From positions 402 through 64,401 of the forward strand of contig NZ_JAKKUR010000004.1 in NCBI RefSeq assembly GCF_021890735.1: a stretch of DNA of 64,000 bases. Reading direction: 5' to 3'. Below are positions 27,470 through 37,640 of the stretch, piece by piece. The stretch's first letter is position 1. Each line of letters opens with the position of its first letter. A model generated the notes under the pieces. That model saw only the letters and a list, made by a program, of their open reading frames with translations. It did not search any database and had not been told where the DNA came from. The translations under genes were made by a program, and so were the position numbers. Source of the DNA: Thermanaeromonas sp. Its GTDB lineage: Bacteria; Bacillota; DSM-521; Neomoorellales; Neomoorellaceae.

Positions 27470-29059
27470 ATGAAAGGAAAACAAATGGGTTTGGCTAGTT
27501 GGGCCGTAATAATAACTGTAGCATCTTTCCTTTCTCGTATCTTAGGCTTTGTGCGCAATATGGTCATTTCAACTCTTTTTGGCCAAAATCGTTCCACGGA
27601 CATGCTAAACGCCTCTTTTGTCGTACCTGATACCTTATACCTTATCCTGGTGGGGGGCGGCATAAGCTCGGCTTTCGTTCCGGTCCTTTCGGGCTATTTA
27701 GCGGAAAAGAAGGAGAAAGAAGCCGGGGAAATAATAAGCATTGCTTTTAATCTGGTTTTAGTGGTAGTTGGCGTCGCAGTAATTTTAAGCATGTTCTTTT
27801 CCCCGTTGCTTGTGCGCTTAGTTGCACCGGGCTTTAATAGTGAGGAAATCAATTATACAGCCTATTTGACCAGGATTGTACTGATGGCCATCTTGTTTCA
27901 TTGTCTTAACGGCGTTCTCATGGGCACAGAGTATGCTTACCAATCGTTTCTTGGTACTACCATCGGCCCTCTGGTGTATAACGCGGCTATTATAGTTTTC
28001 GGCACTATTTTGGCCAGCCGTTTAGGAATTGCTGCTTTTGCCTGGTCCACCTTGATAGGCGCCTTCTTTAATTTTTTGGTACAGGTGTGGGGGGTGTTTC
28101 GCCTCCGCATACCTTATGTATTATCTTGGAACTTCCGGCATCCCGCTATCAGGCGAATAGGGAAGCTCATGTTACCCGTAACCATCGGATTATCCATCGC
28201 CCAGATAAATCTCTTCTTAAATCAAACGTTGATAGCTTCCTTTTTACCCCCTGGCTCCATTAACGCTTTAACCTTGGCTAGCCGGGTGGTTTTAGTTCCC
28301 ATGCTTTTTGCACCTTCTTTAGGTGTTACTTTGCTTCCGACCTTGACCAGATTAGCCGTAAATAAGGAACGGGAATCCTTTAACCGTTATCTCGTAATGT
28401 CCTTAACGACTATCCTTTTCATAGCCCTTCCGGCTACCGCAGGATTTGTAGTGCTGGGTGAACAAGTCATAAAGGTATTATTTGAGCATGGTCGTTTTAC
28501 AAGGCAGGATACTCTAGCTACCGCCAGTGCGCTAAAATATTACTCCTTAGGTATGGCGGCGTATGGGGCTTATGAGATGTTGAGCCGGGCTTTTTATGCC
28601 TTACAGGATACCAAGACTCCCTTAAAAGTGGGGCTGGCCACCATAGGGGTGGGTACTTTTCTTAACCTCGTGTTAGGCCCGCTTTGGGGCGTGAAAGGCT
28701 TAGCGTTAGCCTATTCCTTAGCAGGATGGTTCAATGTTTCCTTGCTCTTTTATCTTCTTAGACGGCGAGGTATAATTTCTGGTAGTTATAAGGCACTAGG
28801 GGTTACTCTGGGTAAGGGCCTGGTTGGGGCTATTGTTATGGGAGGATGTTTAAAATTTATTATAAGTGAGTTTGGATTATTTGTTTTAGAAGGCGGGATG
28901 TGGGTAGAAAGCTTTAAGCTTCTTATATCCATCGCTTTTGGGGGGGCTTTATATTTTACGATAGCTTGGTTCTTGAAGATGGAAGAGTTGGGATTTCTAA
29001 CTCAGGTATTTAAGCGCCCCTTTCGACGCCGGACTGAAATATCAGAGGACGTTGGATAA
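27470..29059 (+). CDS. murJ: Lipid II flippase MurJ (MviN)
   Basis: SRILGFVRN, LLPTLT, RAFYALQDTKTP; many TM segments. Confidence 0.9.
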   Translation: MKGKQMGLASWAVIITVASFLSRILGFVRNMVISTLFGQNRSTDMLNASFVVPDTLYLILVGGGISSAFVPVLSGYLAEKKEKEAGEIISIAFNLVLVVVGVAVILSMFFSPLLVRLVAPGFNSEEINYTAYLTRIVLMAILFHCLNGVLMGTEYAYQSFLGTTIGPLVYNAAIIVFGTILASRLGIAAFAWSTLIGAFFNFLVQVWGVFRLRIPYVLSWNFRHPAIRRIGKLMLPVTIGLSIAQINLFLNQTLIASFLPPGSINALTLASRVVLVPMLFAPSLGVTLLPTLTRLAVNKERESFNRYLVMSLTTILFIALPATAGFVVLGEQVIKVLFEHGRFTRQDTLATASALKYYSLGMAAYGAYEMLSRAFYALQDTKTPLKVGLATIGVGTFLNLVLGPLWGVKGLALAYSLAGWFNVSLLFYLLRRRGIISGSYKALGVTLGKGLVGAIVMGGCLKFIISEFGLFVLEGGMWVESFKLLISIAFGGALYFTIAWFLKMEELGFLTQVFKRPFRRRTEISEDVG

Positions 29060-30533
29060 GTTGAAGAGGTTATTTCCAAAGGCGGGGGTAGAGTACTTGA
29101 AGGCTCTAAAAACGTTAAGGCAACTTGATTTAATGGCTTTTTTCAGGTTTAAAATAGCTCTTTATTTGGGATGTTTAGCTGGCCTGGTATGTCGGCTTTT
29201 AGGCCGCGAGGGAACTTCTTTGCCGGGATGGATAGCTTTGCGGCTGTACCCCAATCTTTTAAGGGATCTGGCTCGAAGCATAGATAAGGTAATAATTATA
29301 ACCGGCACTAATGGGAAAACCACCACTGCTAATCTTCTAGCACGTATCTTAAAGGAGAGGGCGGGCTTTGAAGTGGTCCACAACAAGGAAGGAGCTAATA
29401 TGCCGGCAGGGGTGGCCGCTGCTTTGATGGCTTCGGTTTTCCGGGCTTGCGGCGCGTCAAAAAGAGTGGCCGTCCTGGAAGTGGATGAAGGTAGCCTGGG
29501 TTATATCTTGAAGCAAATTCCCGCAAATCTTATAGTGGTAACGAACATTTTGCGTGATCAGCTAGACCGCTACCATGAGTTAGAACAAACGCTGAATTAT
29601 ATCCGGCAAAGTTTAGCCTTCGCGCCCCAAGCTGAGCTATTGTTGAACGCGGACGATCCTTTGGTGGCTTCCTTGGGAGGGAGCCTTAGTGAAAGGTTTG
29701 TTTATTATTTCGGATTGGAGCGTACTCCCTACATACGTTTGGATGGAGGAGATGTGCAAGAAGGGCATATCTGTCCTGGGTGCCGCGGGTTATTAGTTTT
29801 TGCTTATTATCACTATAGCCACTTAGGGCACTATACTTGCCCCCGGTGTGGCTGGGGACGACCCTTCCCCCATTTTAGGGTTAAGGATCTGCAAAAACGA
29901 GAGAGAGGCTATAACTTTACTTTTGTATATCCCGGTGGAGAGGAAGAAATTTTTACCTCCCTACCCGGGCTTTATAACTGTTACAATATTTTAGCAGCCC
30001 TGGCCGCAGGTTGGGTATCAGGAGTTAATCCCAAGGAAGCGGCAGAGTTAGTGGCCGCTTTTAAACCAGGTCGGGGTAGAGCGGAAACTTTCCGGTTGAA
30101 GGGTAAGAGGTTTACTTTGTTATTAGTTAAGAACCCTACCGGGTTAAGCGAAGCTTTGCGGGCAGTGATCGAAACAAGACCAGGCGTTTATCTATTGGCC
30201 ATCAATGATTTAGCTGCGGATGGCCGAGATGTATCGTGGCTGTGGGATGTGGATTGGGAACCGCTTGTTGGCTATCCGGGCAAACGTATAATTTGTTCGG
30301 GGCTTCGGGCCTGGGATATGGCGGTTTGTTTGAGATACCAGGGTATTGACCTTTCCCTGGTTAAAATTGTCCCCCAACAAGCAAAAAGCCTTAAGGAAGC
30401 TTTAAAGGAGGAAGCTGATGAAATACTGATATTATGTACTTATACCAATTTATCCTTGTACCGACGCCTTCTTATTAGGATGGGTGGCCAAAGTGAGGTT
30501 AAGGATCTGTCACCTCTACCCCGAACTGCTTAA
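29052..30533 (+). CDS. murT: MurT, lipid II isoglutaminyl synthase subunit (Mur ligase plus DUF1727)
   Basis: TGTNGKTTT, GANMPAG, RDQLDRY, CPGC...CPRC Zn ribbon, LVKNP, DGRDVSWLWD; start may be 29133. Confidence 0.88.
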   Translation: MDKLKRLFPKAGVEYLKALKTLRQLDLMAFFRFKIALYLGCLAGLVCRLLGREGTSLPGWIALRLYPNLLRDLARSIDKVIIITGTNGKTTTANLLARILKERAGFEVVHNKEGANMPAGVAAALMASVFRACGASKRVAVLEVDEGSLGYILKQIPANLIVVTNILRDQLDRYHELEQTLNYIRQSLAFAPQAELLLNADDPLVASLGGSLSERFVYYFGLERTPYIRLDGGDVQEGHICPGCRGLLVFAYYHYSHLGHYTCPRCGWGRPFPHFRVKDLQKRERGYNFTFVYPGGEEEIFTSLPGLYNCYNILAALAAGWVSGVNPKEAAELVAAFKPGRGRAETFRLKGKRFTLLLVKNPTGLSEALRAVIETRPGVYLLAINDLAADGRDVSWLWDVDWEPLVGYPGKRIICSGLRAWDMAVCLRYQGIDLSLVKIVPQQAKSLKEALKEEADEILILCTYTNLSLYRRLLIRMGGQSEVKDLSPLPRTA

Positions 30534-31245
30534 TTTATACGGAGACCGGGGGAACCTCCTGGTTCTTCAGCGCCGGGCTGAATGGCGCGGTATCGCGGTG
30601 GAGATAAACCGTATTTCCCTAGGAGATACTTTGGCTCCGGACAAATACGACCTGTTTTTCCTGGGGGGAGGCTCTGATGAGGACCAGGGGATAGTAGCGC
30701 GGGATCTGTTAATTAAAGGACCCTACCTCCAAGAAGCGTTGGCTCGAGGGGCTGCTCTCCTGGCCATTTGCGGCGGATACCAGCTTCTAGGTCGTTACTA
30801 CCAGACGAGAACCAATGAAGTATTTGAAGGAGTAGGATTGTTTCCTGTTTTTACTATAGCAGGAGATAAGCGTTTAAAAGGTAATATAGCTATTGAAGTG
30901 GAAGTTTTGTCTACTCCTCTCCCTGTAGTAGGATTCGAAAACCACATAGGTAAAACTTACCCGGAAAGACCTCGGGAAGGCTTTCGCCCTTTAGGCCGCA
31001 TTCTTTTTGGCTATGGGAACAATGGGGAGGACGGGACAGAGGGTTGCGTATATGGCCGGGCTATAGGAACCTATCTACATGGGCCTTTACTGGCCAAAAA
31101 CCCCCATCTGGCTGATTATATTTTAACCTTGGCTTTGGAAGCCCGTTACGGGAAGGTGGAGTTAAGGCCCCTTCCTGGTGATGAGATAGAATGGAAGGCT
31201 CACGAAGCTTTTCTTCGTCGATTTTCTAAAGAAAGAAGGAGGTAA
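30493..31245 (+). CDS. gatD: GatD glutamine amidotransferase (CobQ-like)
   Basis: HLYPELLNLYGDRGN, AICGGYQ, GFENH, TYLHGPLL. Confidence 0.9.
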   Translation: MRLRICHLYPELLNLYGDRGNLLVLQRRAEWRGIAVEINRISLGDTLAPDKYDLFFLGGGSDEDQGIVARDLLIKGPYLQEALARGAALLAICGGYQLLGRYYQTRTNEVFEGVGLFPVFTIAGDKRLKGNIAIEVEVLSTPLPVVGFENHIGKTYPERPREGFRPLGRILFGYGNNGEDGTEGCVYGRAIGTYLHGPLLAKNPHLADYILTLALEARYGKVELRPLPGDEIEWKAHEAFLRRFSKERRR

Positions 31246-31251
31246 TTTTTG

Positions 31252-31344
31252 ATGGTGAAATTTGGGTTAGCTCTGGCAGGTATGATCCTTCAGCTTTTCG
31301 CATTTTACCTCCTGCTTTTAGTCATAGGGGACAAGAAGGGATAA
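31252..31344 (+). CDS. Small single-pass membrane protein not in the ORF track (30 aa, MVKFGLALAGMILQLFAFYLLLLVIGDKKG)
   Basis: RBS AGGAGGT overlapping the gatD stop; about 21 consecutive apolar or uncharged residues with Lys on both sides. Confidence 0.65.
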   Translation: MVKFGLALAGMILQLFAFYLLLLVIGDKKG

Positions 31345-31363
31345 ACTAACTGGACATGAATAC
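31335..31363 (+). promoter_or_regulatory. Weak sigmaH-like promoter upstream of dprA
   Basis: GAAGGGATA-11 nt-CATGAATAC (AGGG instead of AGGA). Confidence 0.4.
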
Positions 31364-31385
31364 CTGATAAAAGGGGCAGCCAAAA

Positions 31386-32504
31386 TTGAATAATAAGGGA
31401 TCGGAACACGGCTATTGGGTGGCTTTGCAGCAGGTCCCGGGTCTGGGCTCCCAGCGGCTTCTTAAGTTAGTGGAGCATTTTGGCAGCGCTAAGGCTGCCT
31501 GGGAGGCTAAGGAAAAAGAGCTTTTAATTCTACCCTGGATGGGTAAAGTAGCCCAGGAGCTGGTAGCTTGGCGGAAAAAGGTAGAGCCACGCAGGCTTGA
31601 AGAGGAGTTATTACGTTCAAAGGTAGGGGTTTTGGTTTTTACAGATCCGTGCTATCCCCAGGAGCTAAAGAACATCTATAATCCCCCGTCGGTGTTATAC
31701 TACTTAGGCGATTTGACAGCCCTGGAAGGAATTAAGGTGGCCGTGGTGGGCACGCGCCGTCCCACACCCTATGGGCTTAAAGTTGCCCAAGTCCTGGCCC
31801 GGGGTTTGGCCGAGGCGGGTATAGTTGTGGTAAGCGGTATGGCGGCAGGGATAGACGCTGCTGCCCATAGGGGAGCCCTTCAGGGGAAGGGGAAGACCAT
31901 AGCTGTATTGGGAAGCGGAGTGGATGTAGTATACCCCCGGGAAAATGCCCGGTTGTATCAGGAGATAGCCGGGGAGGGGTTGATACTTTCCGAGCTTCCT
32001 CCCGGAACACCCCCTGAACGGCACCACTTCCCGGCTAGGAACCGTATAATAAGCGGCTTGGCTCGGGGAACCATAGTGGTGGAGGCGGGTGAAAAGAGCG
32101 GCGCTTTGATAACAGCCGATTTGGCCCTAGAGCAAGGGCGTGATGTTTTTGCGGTGCCGGGACCTATCACGAGTTTCCAGAGCAGGGGAACAAATAATTT
32201 GCTCAAACAAGGGGCCAAGGTAGTCACCGGGGTGGAAGATATCCTTGAGGAGTATTTTTCAGGAGAAGTCCAGGGTCCGGCCCGGAAACAGGGAGTAAGG
32301 AACACCCCGGGCCTTAAACTTTCTCCTGTAGAAGAAAAGGTCCTGGCCGCGGTAGCATCTTCTCCTTTATCCCTGGAGGAGCTCGGAGAGGCGACGGGAC
32401 TTTCTATTCGAGAAATAAATATCGCGCTGACCTTTTTGGAGTTACAGGGTTTGGTTTCAAGGCTTCCAGGCGGTCTTTATGTAGGCTCCCTCCCGGACGA
32501 TTAG
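31386..32504 (+). CDS. dprA: DNA-processing protein DprA
   Basis: VAVVGTR, VVSGMAAGID, HFPARNRIISG, VEAGEKSGALITA, GRDVFAVPG; C-terminal winged helix. Confidence 0.96.
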   Translation: MNNKGSEHGYWVALQQVPGLGSQRLLKLVEHFGSAKAAWEAKEKELLILPWMGKVAQELVAWRKKVEPRRLEEELLRSKVGVLVFTDPCYPQELKNIYNPPSVLYYLGDLTALEGIKVAVVGTRRPTPYGLKVAQVLARGLAEAGIVVVSGMAAGIDAAAHRGALQGKGKTIAVLGSGVDVVYPRENARLYQEIAGEGLILSELPPGTPPERHHFPARNRIISGLARGTIVVEAGEKSGALITADLALEQGRDVFAVPGPITSFQSRGTNNLLKQGAKVVTGVEDILEEYFSGEVQGPARKQGVRNTPGLKLSPVEEKVLAAVASSPLSLEELGEATGLSIREINIALTFLELQGLVSRLPGGLYVGSLPDD

Positions 32505-32537
32505 CGCCTTAAAGATGCTTTCGGGGGTGAAATTTAG

Positions 32538-34637
32538 TTGGCCAAGACGTTGGTTATAGTAGAATCTCCGGCCAAGGCTAAAACCATTAGTAAATTTTTG
32601 GGCCGCGATTACTTAGTAAAATCCTCTATGGGCCATGTTAGAGACTTGCCTAAGAGCCAGTTCGGGGTAGATATAGAGCGTGGTTTTGAACCCTATTATA
32701 TCACTATACGAGGCAAGGGGGAAATAGTCAGGGAATTACGGGAGGCGGCCCAAAAAACGGAGCGGGTCCTTCTGGCCCCCGACCCGGACCGTGAGGGGGA
32801 AGCCATCGCCTGGCACTTACAGCACCTTTTGGGGCTACCTGATGGAAAGTGCCGTATAGAATTTAATGAGATAACAAAACAGGCTGTACTGGAGGCTCTT
32901 AAGAACCCCCGGCCTATAAATATGGACCGGGTAGCGGCCCAGCAGGCCCGCAGGGTTTTAGACCGCTTGGTAGGATATAAACTCAGCCCTTTACTCTGGC
33001 GGAAAATAAAGAAAGGTTTAAGTGCCGGCAGGGTACAGTCAGTAGCTGTGAGGTTGATCGTAGACCGTGAGAGGGAGATCGCAAATTTTTGCCCGGAAGA
33101 GTACTGGACCTTAACGGCTTACCTTGAACCCCCCGGAGAAGGGTCTGCTTTTGCTGCCAAGCTATATAAGTTTCGAGGGGAGCCGGTCAATGTTAAAAGT
33201 AAGGAATCCATGGATGAGATTTTAGCTTCCCTTAAGGGCGCCTCTTTTCAGGTCGTGGAAGTTAAAAGAAGGGAGCGGCGGAAGAAACCCCCGGAGCCTT
33301 TTACTACCAGTACCCTACAACAGGAGGCTTACCGGCGTTTGAATTTTACCACCAGGCGTACTATGCAGGTTGCTCAAGAGCTCTATGAAGGAATAGATCT
33401 GGGACCAGAAATGGGCCGGGTGGGGCTGGTTACTTATATCCGCACGGATTCTACCCGGATAGCTCAGGTGGCCCAGCAGGAAGCACGGGAATATCTTCTT
33501 AAGCATTTTGGGCCTCTTTATATTCCGTCAGGAATACGTCGGCAGGGCGGACGCAAAGAACATGTTCAGGATGCCCATGAGGCCATAAGGCCTACTTCGG
33601 TTTGGCGGGAGCCTGATAGCATCAAAGCGGCTTTGACCCGGGACCAGTACAGGTTGTATTCCTTGATTTGGGAACGATTCCTGGCCAGCCAGATGGAGGC
33701 CGCGGTTTTGGATACCGTTACTGTGGATATTGCCGCGGGTGAGTTTCTTTTTAGGGCTACGGGATCGGTTATTAAATTTCCCGGGTTTCTTAAGGTCTTT
33801 AAAGGGGAGCGGGAACAGGAAGACTGGGAGAAAGAGGAAATGTTACCCGAGGTATATGAAGGCCAAATATTAACCTTGATATCCTTAGAACCCAAGCAAC
33901 ATTTTACTCAGCCTCCCCCCCGGTACACGGAAGCGACCCTTGTTAAAACTATGGAAGAATTAGGGATAGGTAGGCCCAGTACTTATGCTCCTACCATTGA
34001 AACTATTTTAAGCCGGGGGTATGTAGTAAGGGAGCAGAAACATCTTGTACCCACGGAGTTGGGTTGTATAGTGGTAGATTTACTAAAGGAATACTTTCCA
34101 GACATTATAGATGTAGAGTTTACTGCCCATATGGAAGCTAAACTGGATCAAGTGGAGGCGGGAAAGCTTTCCTGGCGGAAAGTAGTAGAGGATTTCTATG
34201 TTCCCTTTAGCAAGGTTTTAGAGCAGGCTGAGGCTAAGATAGGGGTTATTGAGCTTCCGGAAGAAATGACAGAAGAAAAATGTGAAGTCTGCGGCCGGAA
34301 CCTCGTAGTAAAACAGGGGCGCTACGGCAAGTTTCTGGCCTGCCCAGGTTTTCCCGATTGCCGTTTCACTAAGCCCCTTCTTACGGGTATAGGAGTAGAG
34401 TGCCCCTACTGCGGCCAGGAGATTGTGGAGAGGAGGAGCAAGCGCGGGCGCAAGTTCTATACCTGCAAGAATTATCCAGAGTGTAATTATCTCTCCTGGG
34501 ATAAACCCGCGCAAGCCTTTTGCCCGGAATGTGGCAGCCGTTTGGTGGAAAAGGGTGGCCGGCGCTCGCTGCGCTTAGTCTGTCCGAACAAAGACTGCGG
34601 TTATCAAGAAGAAGTAAGGAGGCAGGGAGAGGCCTGA
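32538..34637 (+). CDS. topA: DNA topoisomerase I
   Basis: LVIVESPAKAKTI, DPDREGEAI, SAGRVQS, TYIRTDS; C-terminal Zn ribbons. Confidence 0.98.
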   Translation: MAKTLVIVESPAKAKTISKFLGRDYLVKSSMGHVRDLPKSQFGVDIERGFEPYYITIRGKGEIVRELREAAQKTERVLLAPDPDREGEAIAWHLQHLLGLPDGKCRIEFNEITKQAVLEALKNPRPINMDRVAAQQARRVLDRLVGYKLSPLLWRKIKKGLSAGRVQSVAVRLIVDREREIANFCPEEYWTLTAYLEPPGEGSAFAAKLYKFRGEPVNVKSKESMDEILASLKGASFQVVEVKRRERRKKPPEPFTTSTLQQEAYRRLNFTTRRTMQVAQELYEGIDLGPEMGRVGLVTYIRTDSTRIAQVAQQEAREYLLKHFGPLYIPSGIRRQGGRKEHVQDAHEAIRPTSVWREPDSIKAALTRDQYRLYSLIWERFLASQMEAAVLDTVTVDIAAGEFLFRATGSVIKFPGFLKVFKGEREQEDWEKEEMLPEVYEGQILTLISLEPKQHFTQPPPRYTEATLVKTMEELGIGRPSTYAPTIETILSRGYVVREQKHLVPTELGCIVVDLLKEYFPDIIDVEFTAHMEAKLDQVEAGKLSWRKVVEDFYVPFSKVLEQAEAKIGVIELPEEMTEEKCEVCGRNLVVKQGRYGKFLACPGFPDCRFTKPLLTGIGVECPYCGQEIVERRSKRGRKFYTCKNYPECNYLSWDKPAQAFCPECGSRLVEKGGRRSLRLVCPNKDCGYQEEVRRQGEA

Positions 34638-34640
34638 AAG

Positions 34641-35957
34641 ATGAAAGAGAAGTTAATTGTAATTGGCGGAGGTTTAGCAGGAAGCGAAGCCGCCTGGCAG
34701 GCAGCCCAAAGGGGTATAAAGGTAGAACTTTGGGAGATGCGACCTTACCAGACCACCCCGGCCCACCGGACTGGTTACTTGGCTGAGCTGGTCTGCTCCA
34801 ATTCTTTGCGCTCCAATGAGTTAGAGAATGCCGCGGGGCTTCTTAAAGAGGAGATGCGCCGGGTAGGTTCATTAATTATAGAAGTAGCAGAAAAACACCG
34901 GGTCCCGGCGGGCAAAGCCTTAGCTGTGGATAGAGACGCCTTCAGCCAGGAAGTAACCTCCAGAATAGAAAACCACCCCTTGATTACCGTAGTACGGGAG
35001 GAGGCAAAAGGAATTCCGTCAGAAGGGGTGGTGATTATTGCTTCCGGCCCTTTAACATCTCCCGCCTTAACTGAAGCCCTAAAGGAGCTTACAGGAGAAG
35101 AATACCTTTACTTTTACGACGCAGCAGCCCCCATCGTTACGGCAGAATCCTTGGACTGGTCGAAGCTTTTCCGTGGTGGGCGTTATGGCAAGGGGGAAGA
35201 AGATTACTTGAACTGCCCCCTGACAGAGGAAGAGTATTATACTTTTTACCAGGCCTTAGTAAATGCGGAGCGCCACATCCCGCATTCTTTTGAAAAGGAG
35301 ATATACTTTGAAGGCTGCATGCCGGTGGAGGAGATGGCTAGAAGGGGACCGGACACTTTACGGTATGGCCCTATGAGACCCACCGGTTTAATCGATCCTT
35401 CTACAGGTAAAAGGCCTTTTGCAGTAGTACAATTGCGCCAGGACAACAAAGAGGGCACCCTGTATAACCTGGTAGGCTTTCAAACCAGCTTAAAATGGGG
35501 AGAACAAGACCGGGTGTTTCGCCTTATCCCTGCCCTGCGGAACGCAGAATTTGTGCGTTATGGGGTTATGCACCGTAATACATATATAAACTCGCCGCGT
35601 TTACTTTTACCTACCCTCCAGTTGAAAGAGCGGCCGGAAATTTTCTTAGCCGGACAGATCACAGGTGTGGAGGGGTATATAGAGTCTGCGGCTATGGGGA
35701 TACTGGCCGGTGTTAATGCTGCCCGGCTGCTTAAGGGGTTAAGACCTGTTGTACCCCCCCGGGAGACTGCTCACGGAGCCCTGGTCCATTATATTACAGA
35801 AGCTCGTTCCGAGAACTTCCAACCCATGAATATCAATTTTGGATTGCTTCCTCCGCTAGAGCGACGAGTACGTTCCCGCCGCCAGCGCAATCTACTTCTG
35901 TCTCAGAGAGCCTTGTCCATTTGGGAACAAGTTCTCGGTGAATTTTCACTCAATTGA
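34641..35957 (+). CDS. trmFO: tRNA m5U54 methyltransferase TrmFO (Gid)
   Basis: [38 protein letters not shown]. Confidence 0.97.
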   Translation: MKEKLIVIGGGLAGSEAAWQAAQRGIKVELWEMRPYQTTPAHRTGYLAELVCSNSLRSNELENAAGLLKEEMRRVGSLIIEVAEKHRVPAGKALAVDRDAFSQEVTSRIENHPLITVVREEAKGIPSEGVVIIASGPLTSPALTEALKELTGEEYLYFYDAAAPIVTAESLDWSKLFRGGRYGKGEEDYLNCPLTEEEYYTFYQALVNAERHIPHSFEKEIYFEGCMPVEEMARRGPDTLRYGPMRPTGLIDPSTGKRPFAVVQLRQDNKEGTLYNLVGFQTSLKWGEQDRVFRLIPALRNAEFVRYGVMHRNTYINSPRLLLPTLQLKERPEIFLAGQITGVEGYIESAAMGILAGVNAARLLKGLRPVVPPRETAHGALVHYITEARSENFQPMNINFGLLPPLERRVRSRRQRNLLLSQRALSIWEQVLGEFSLN

Positions 35958-35958
35958 C

Positions 35959-35987
35959 TTGCTCTTTTTTCGACAATCTGATAAGAT
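35959..35987 (+). promoter_or_regulatory. sigmaA promoter of the xerC-hslV-hslU-codY operon
   Basis: TTGCTC-17 nt-TAAGAT with extended TG. Confidence 0.55.
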
Positions 35988-36020
35988 ATAAAAACTGATA
36001 AGGCTTTTGGGTTCAGATGA

Positions 36021-36998
36021 ATGGGGAGGTTGATCTTAATCAATCCGGAGTTTAAGAAGGCTTTGGAGGATTTTGCTTCCTACTTGATAGCGGAGAAAAA
36101 CCTGGCTTCCGCTACAGTTGTAGCTTATCTAACTGATTTAAAGCAGTTTGCCGTTTATGTCGAGAAGACCTTAGGAGCGAAGGCAAGACCTGAAGATGTA
36201 GACCGGACCCTAGTACGGCGGTTTTTGGGCTGGCTTAATGTGTTACGGGAAAAAAGGACTACTGTAGCCCGGAAACTGGTGGCTTTGCGTGTATTTTATC
36301 GTTATCTTTTGCGCGAAGGCCGGGTAGAGATTAATCCGGTGGAACTCATAAGATCTCCTCGGCAGGAGAAAAGGTTGCCCAAATATCTCCCTTATAACGA
36401 AATAGTAAAGATCTTGGAGGCTCCTCCTCCCACTCCTTTAGGCCTGCGGGACCGGGCGCTGTGGGAGACGCTTTATGCTTCAGGCCTCAGGGTAGGAGAG
36501 CTAGTAAGCCTTAACCTAGAGGATGTAGATTTAAGTCGTGGGGAGATAAGGGTAAGGGGGAAGGGAGGACGTGAACGCTTAGCTCCCTTGGGGAGGATGG
36601 CTATAGCGGCCATTAAGGATTATTTGGCTTGCGGAAGGCCGGTACTTGCGACTAGAGGTAACCCCGGGGAGAAGGCTCTTTTTTTAAACCACCTGGGAAG
36701 TCGGTTGACGAGCCGCGGGGTAAGGCAGCGGCTAGATTATTACGTCAAAAAGACGGTAGTTGCCGCAGGTATTTCACCTCATGTTTTGCGGCATTGCTTT
36801 GCTACCCACATGTTGGAAAGAGGAGCTGACTTGCGTGCTGTCCAGGAACTCCTTGGTCATGTACGCTTGAGCAGTACACAAGTGTACACTCATGTTACCC
36901 CGGAACACCTGCGTGCGGTATACCAAAAAGCCCATCCTAGAGCCCAGCTCGCCAGAACAACGGTGGAGGAGAGAAGTAAAGATGCTTGGCAGAAATAA
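36021..36998 (+). CDS. xerC: Tyrosine recombinase XerC (CodV)
   Basis: [30 protein letters not shown]; position in the cod operon. Confidence 0.92.
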   Translation: MGRLILINPEFKKALEDFASYLIAEKNLASATVVAYLTDLKQFAVYVEKTLGAKARPEDVDRTLVRRFLGWLNVLREKRTTVARKLVALRVFYRYLLREGRVEINPVELIRSPRQEKRLPKYLPYNEIVKILEAPPPTPLGLRDRALWETLYASGLRVGELVSLNLEDVDLSRGEIRVRGKGGRERLAPLGRMAIAAIKDYLACGRPVLATRGNPGEKALFLNHLGSRLTSRGVRQRLDYYVKKTVVAAGISPHVLRHCFATHMLERGADLRAVQELLGHVRLSSTQVYTHVTPEHLRAVYQKAHPRAQLARTTVEERSKDAWQK

Positions 36999-37539
36999 GG
37001 GCGTGGAGGCCACAATACATAGTACCACTGTTATTGCGGTAAAGAGGGGTGGCCAGGTAGCTATGGCCAGCGATGGTCAGGTTACTCTGGGTAACACAGT
37101 ACTTAAACACCAAGCTCGTAAAGTACGCCGCCTTTACCAGGGGAATGTTCTGGCCGGTTTTGCAGGTAGCGTGGCCGACGCGTTTACCCTGTTTGAAAAA
37201 TTTGAAGCCAAGTTAGATGAATACAAGGGGAACCTGCAGCGAGCTGCCGTTGAGCTCGGAAAGGAGTGGCGTACGGATAGGTTGCTGAGGCGGCTAGAGG
37301 CCCTGCTGGTGGTAGCAGACCGGGAGAGGTTACTTCTTATCTCGGGTAGCGGGGAGATTATAGAGCCCGATGACGGTATATTGGCTGTAGGTTCGGGAGG
37401 CCCTTATGCCCTGGCTGCAGCGAGGGCTTTAATAAAACATACGGATCTGAGTGCTCGAGAGATCGCCAGGGAAGCTTTACAGGTAGCAGCTTCTATCTGC
37501 ATATATACCAACGAAAGCATTGTGGTGGAGGAGCTATAA
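36982..37539 (+). CDS. hslV: ATP-dependent protease subunit HslV (ClpQ)
   Basis: HSTTVIAV...DGQVTLG...[15 protein letters not shown]. Confidence 0.96.
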   Translation: MLGRNKGVEATIHSTTVIAVKRGGQVAMASDGQVTLGNTVLKHQARKVRRLYQGNVLAGFAGSVADAFTLFEKFEAKLDEYKGNLQRAAVELGKEWRTDRLLRRLEALLVVADRERLLLISGSGEIIEPDDGILAVGSGGPYALAAARALIKHTDLSAREIAREALQVAASICIYTNESIVVEEL

Positions 37540-37542
37540 GAC

Positions 37543-37570
37543 TTGAATCGCTATAGTGAAGAGTTATAAT
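37543..37570 (+). promoter_or_regulatory. Internal sigmaA promoter upstream of hslU
   Basis: TTGAAT-16 nt-TATAAT. Confidence 0.6.
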
Positions 37571-37599
37571 AAAATAAGCTATAGGTAAAAACCCAGGAA

Positions 37600-37640
37600 T
37601 TTTAATCTTTACTTAACGTAGTTTTAATCTATACTTAACG
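37600..37640 (+). repeat. 19-nt direct repeat, 2 copies, 22-nt period
   Basis: TTTTAATCTTTACTTAACG at 37600 and TTTTAATCTATACTTAACG at 37622 (1 mismatch). Confidence 0.85.

Noticed and set aside
36021-36998. Integrase of a mobile element
   Set aside because: It sits in the conserved trmFO-xerC-hslVU-codY context, with no att sites or cargo genes
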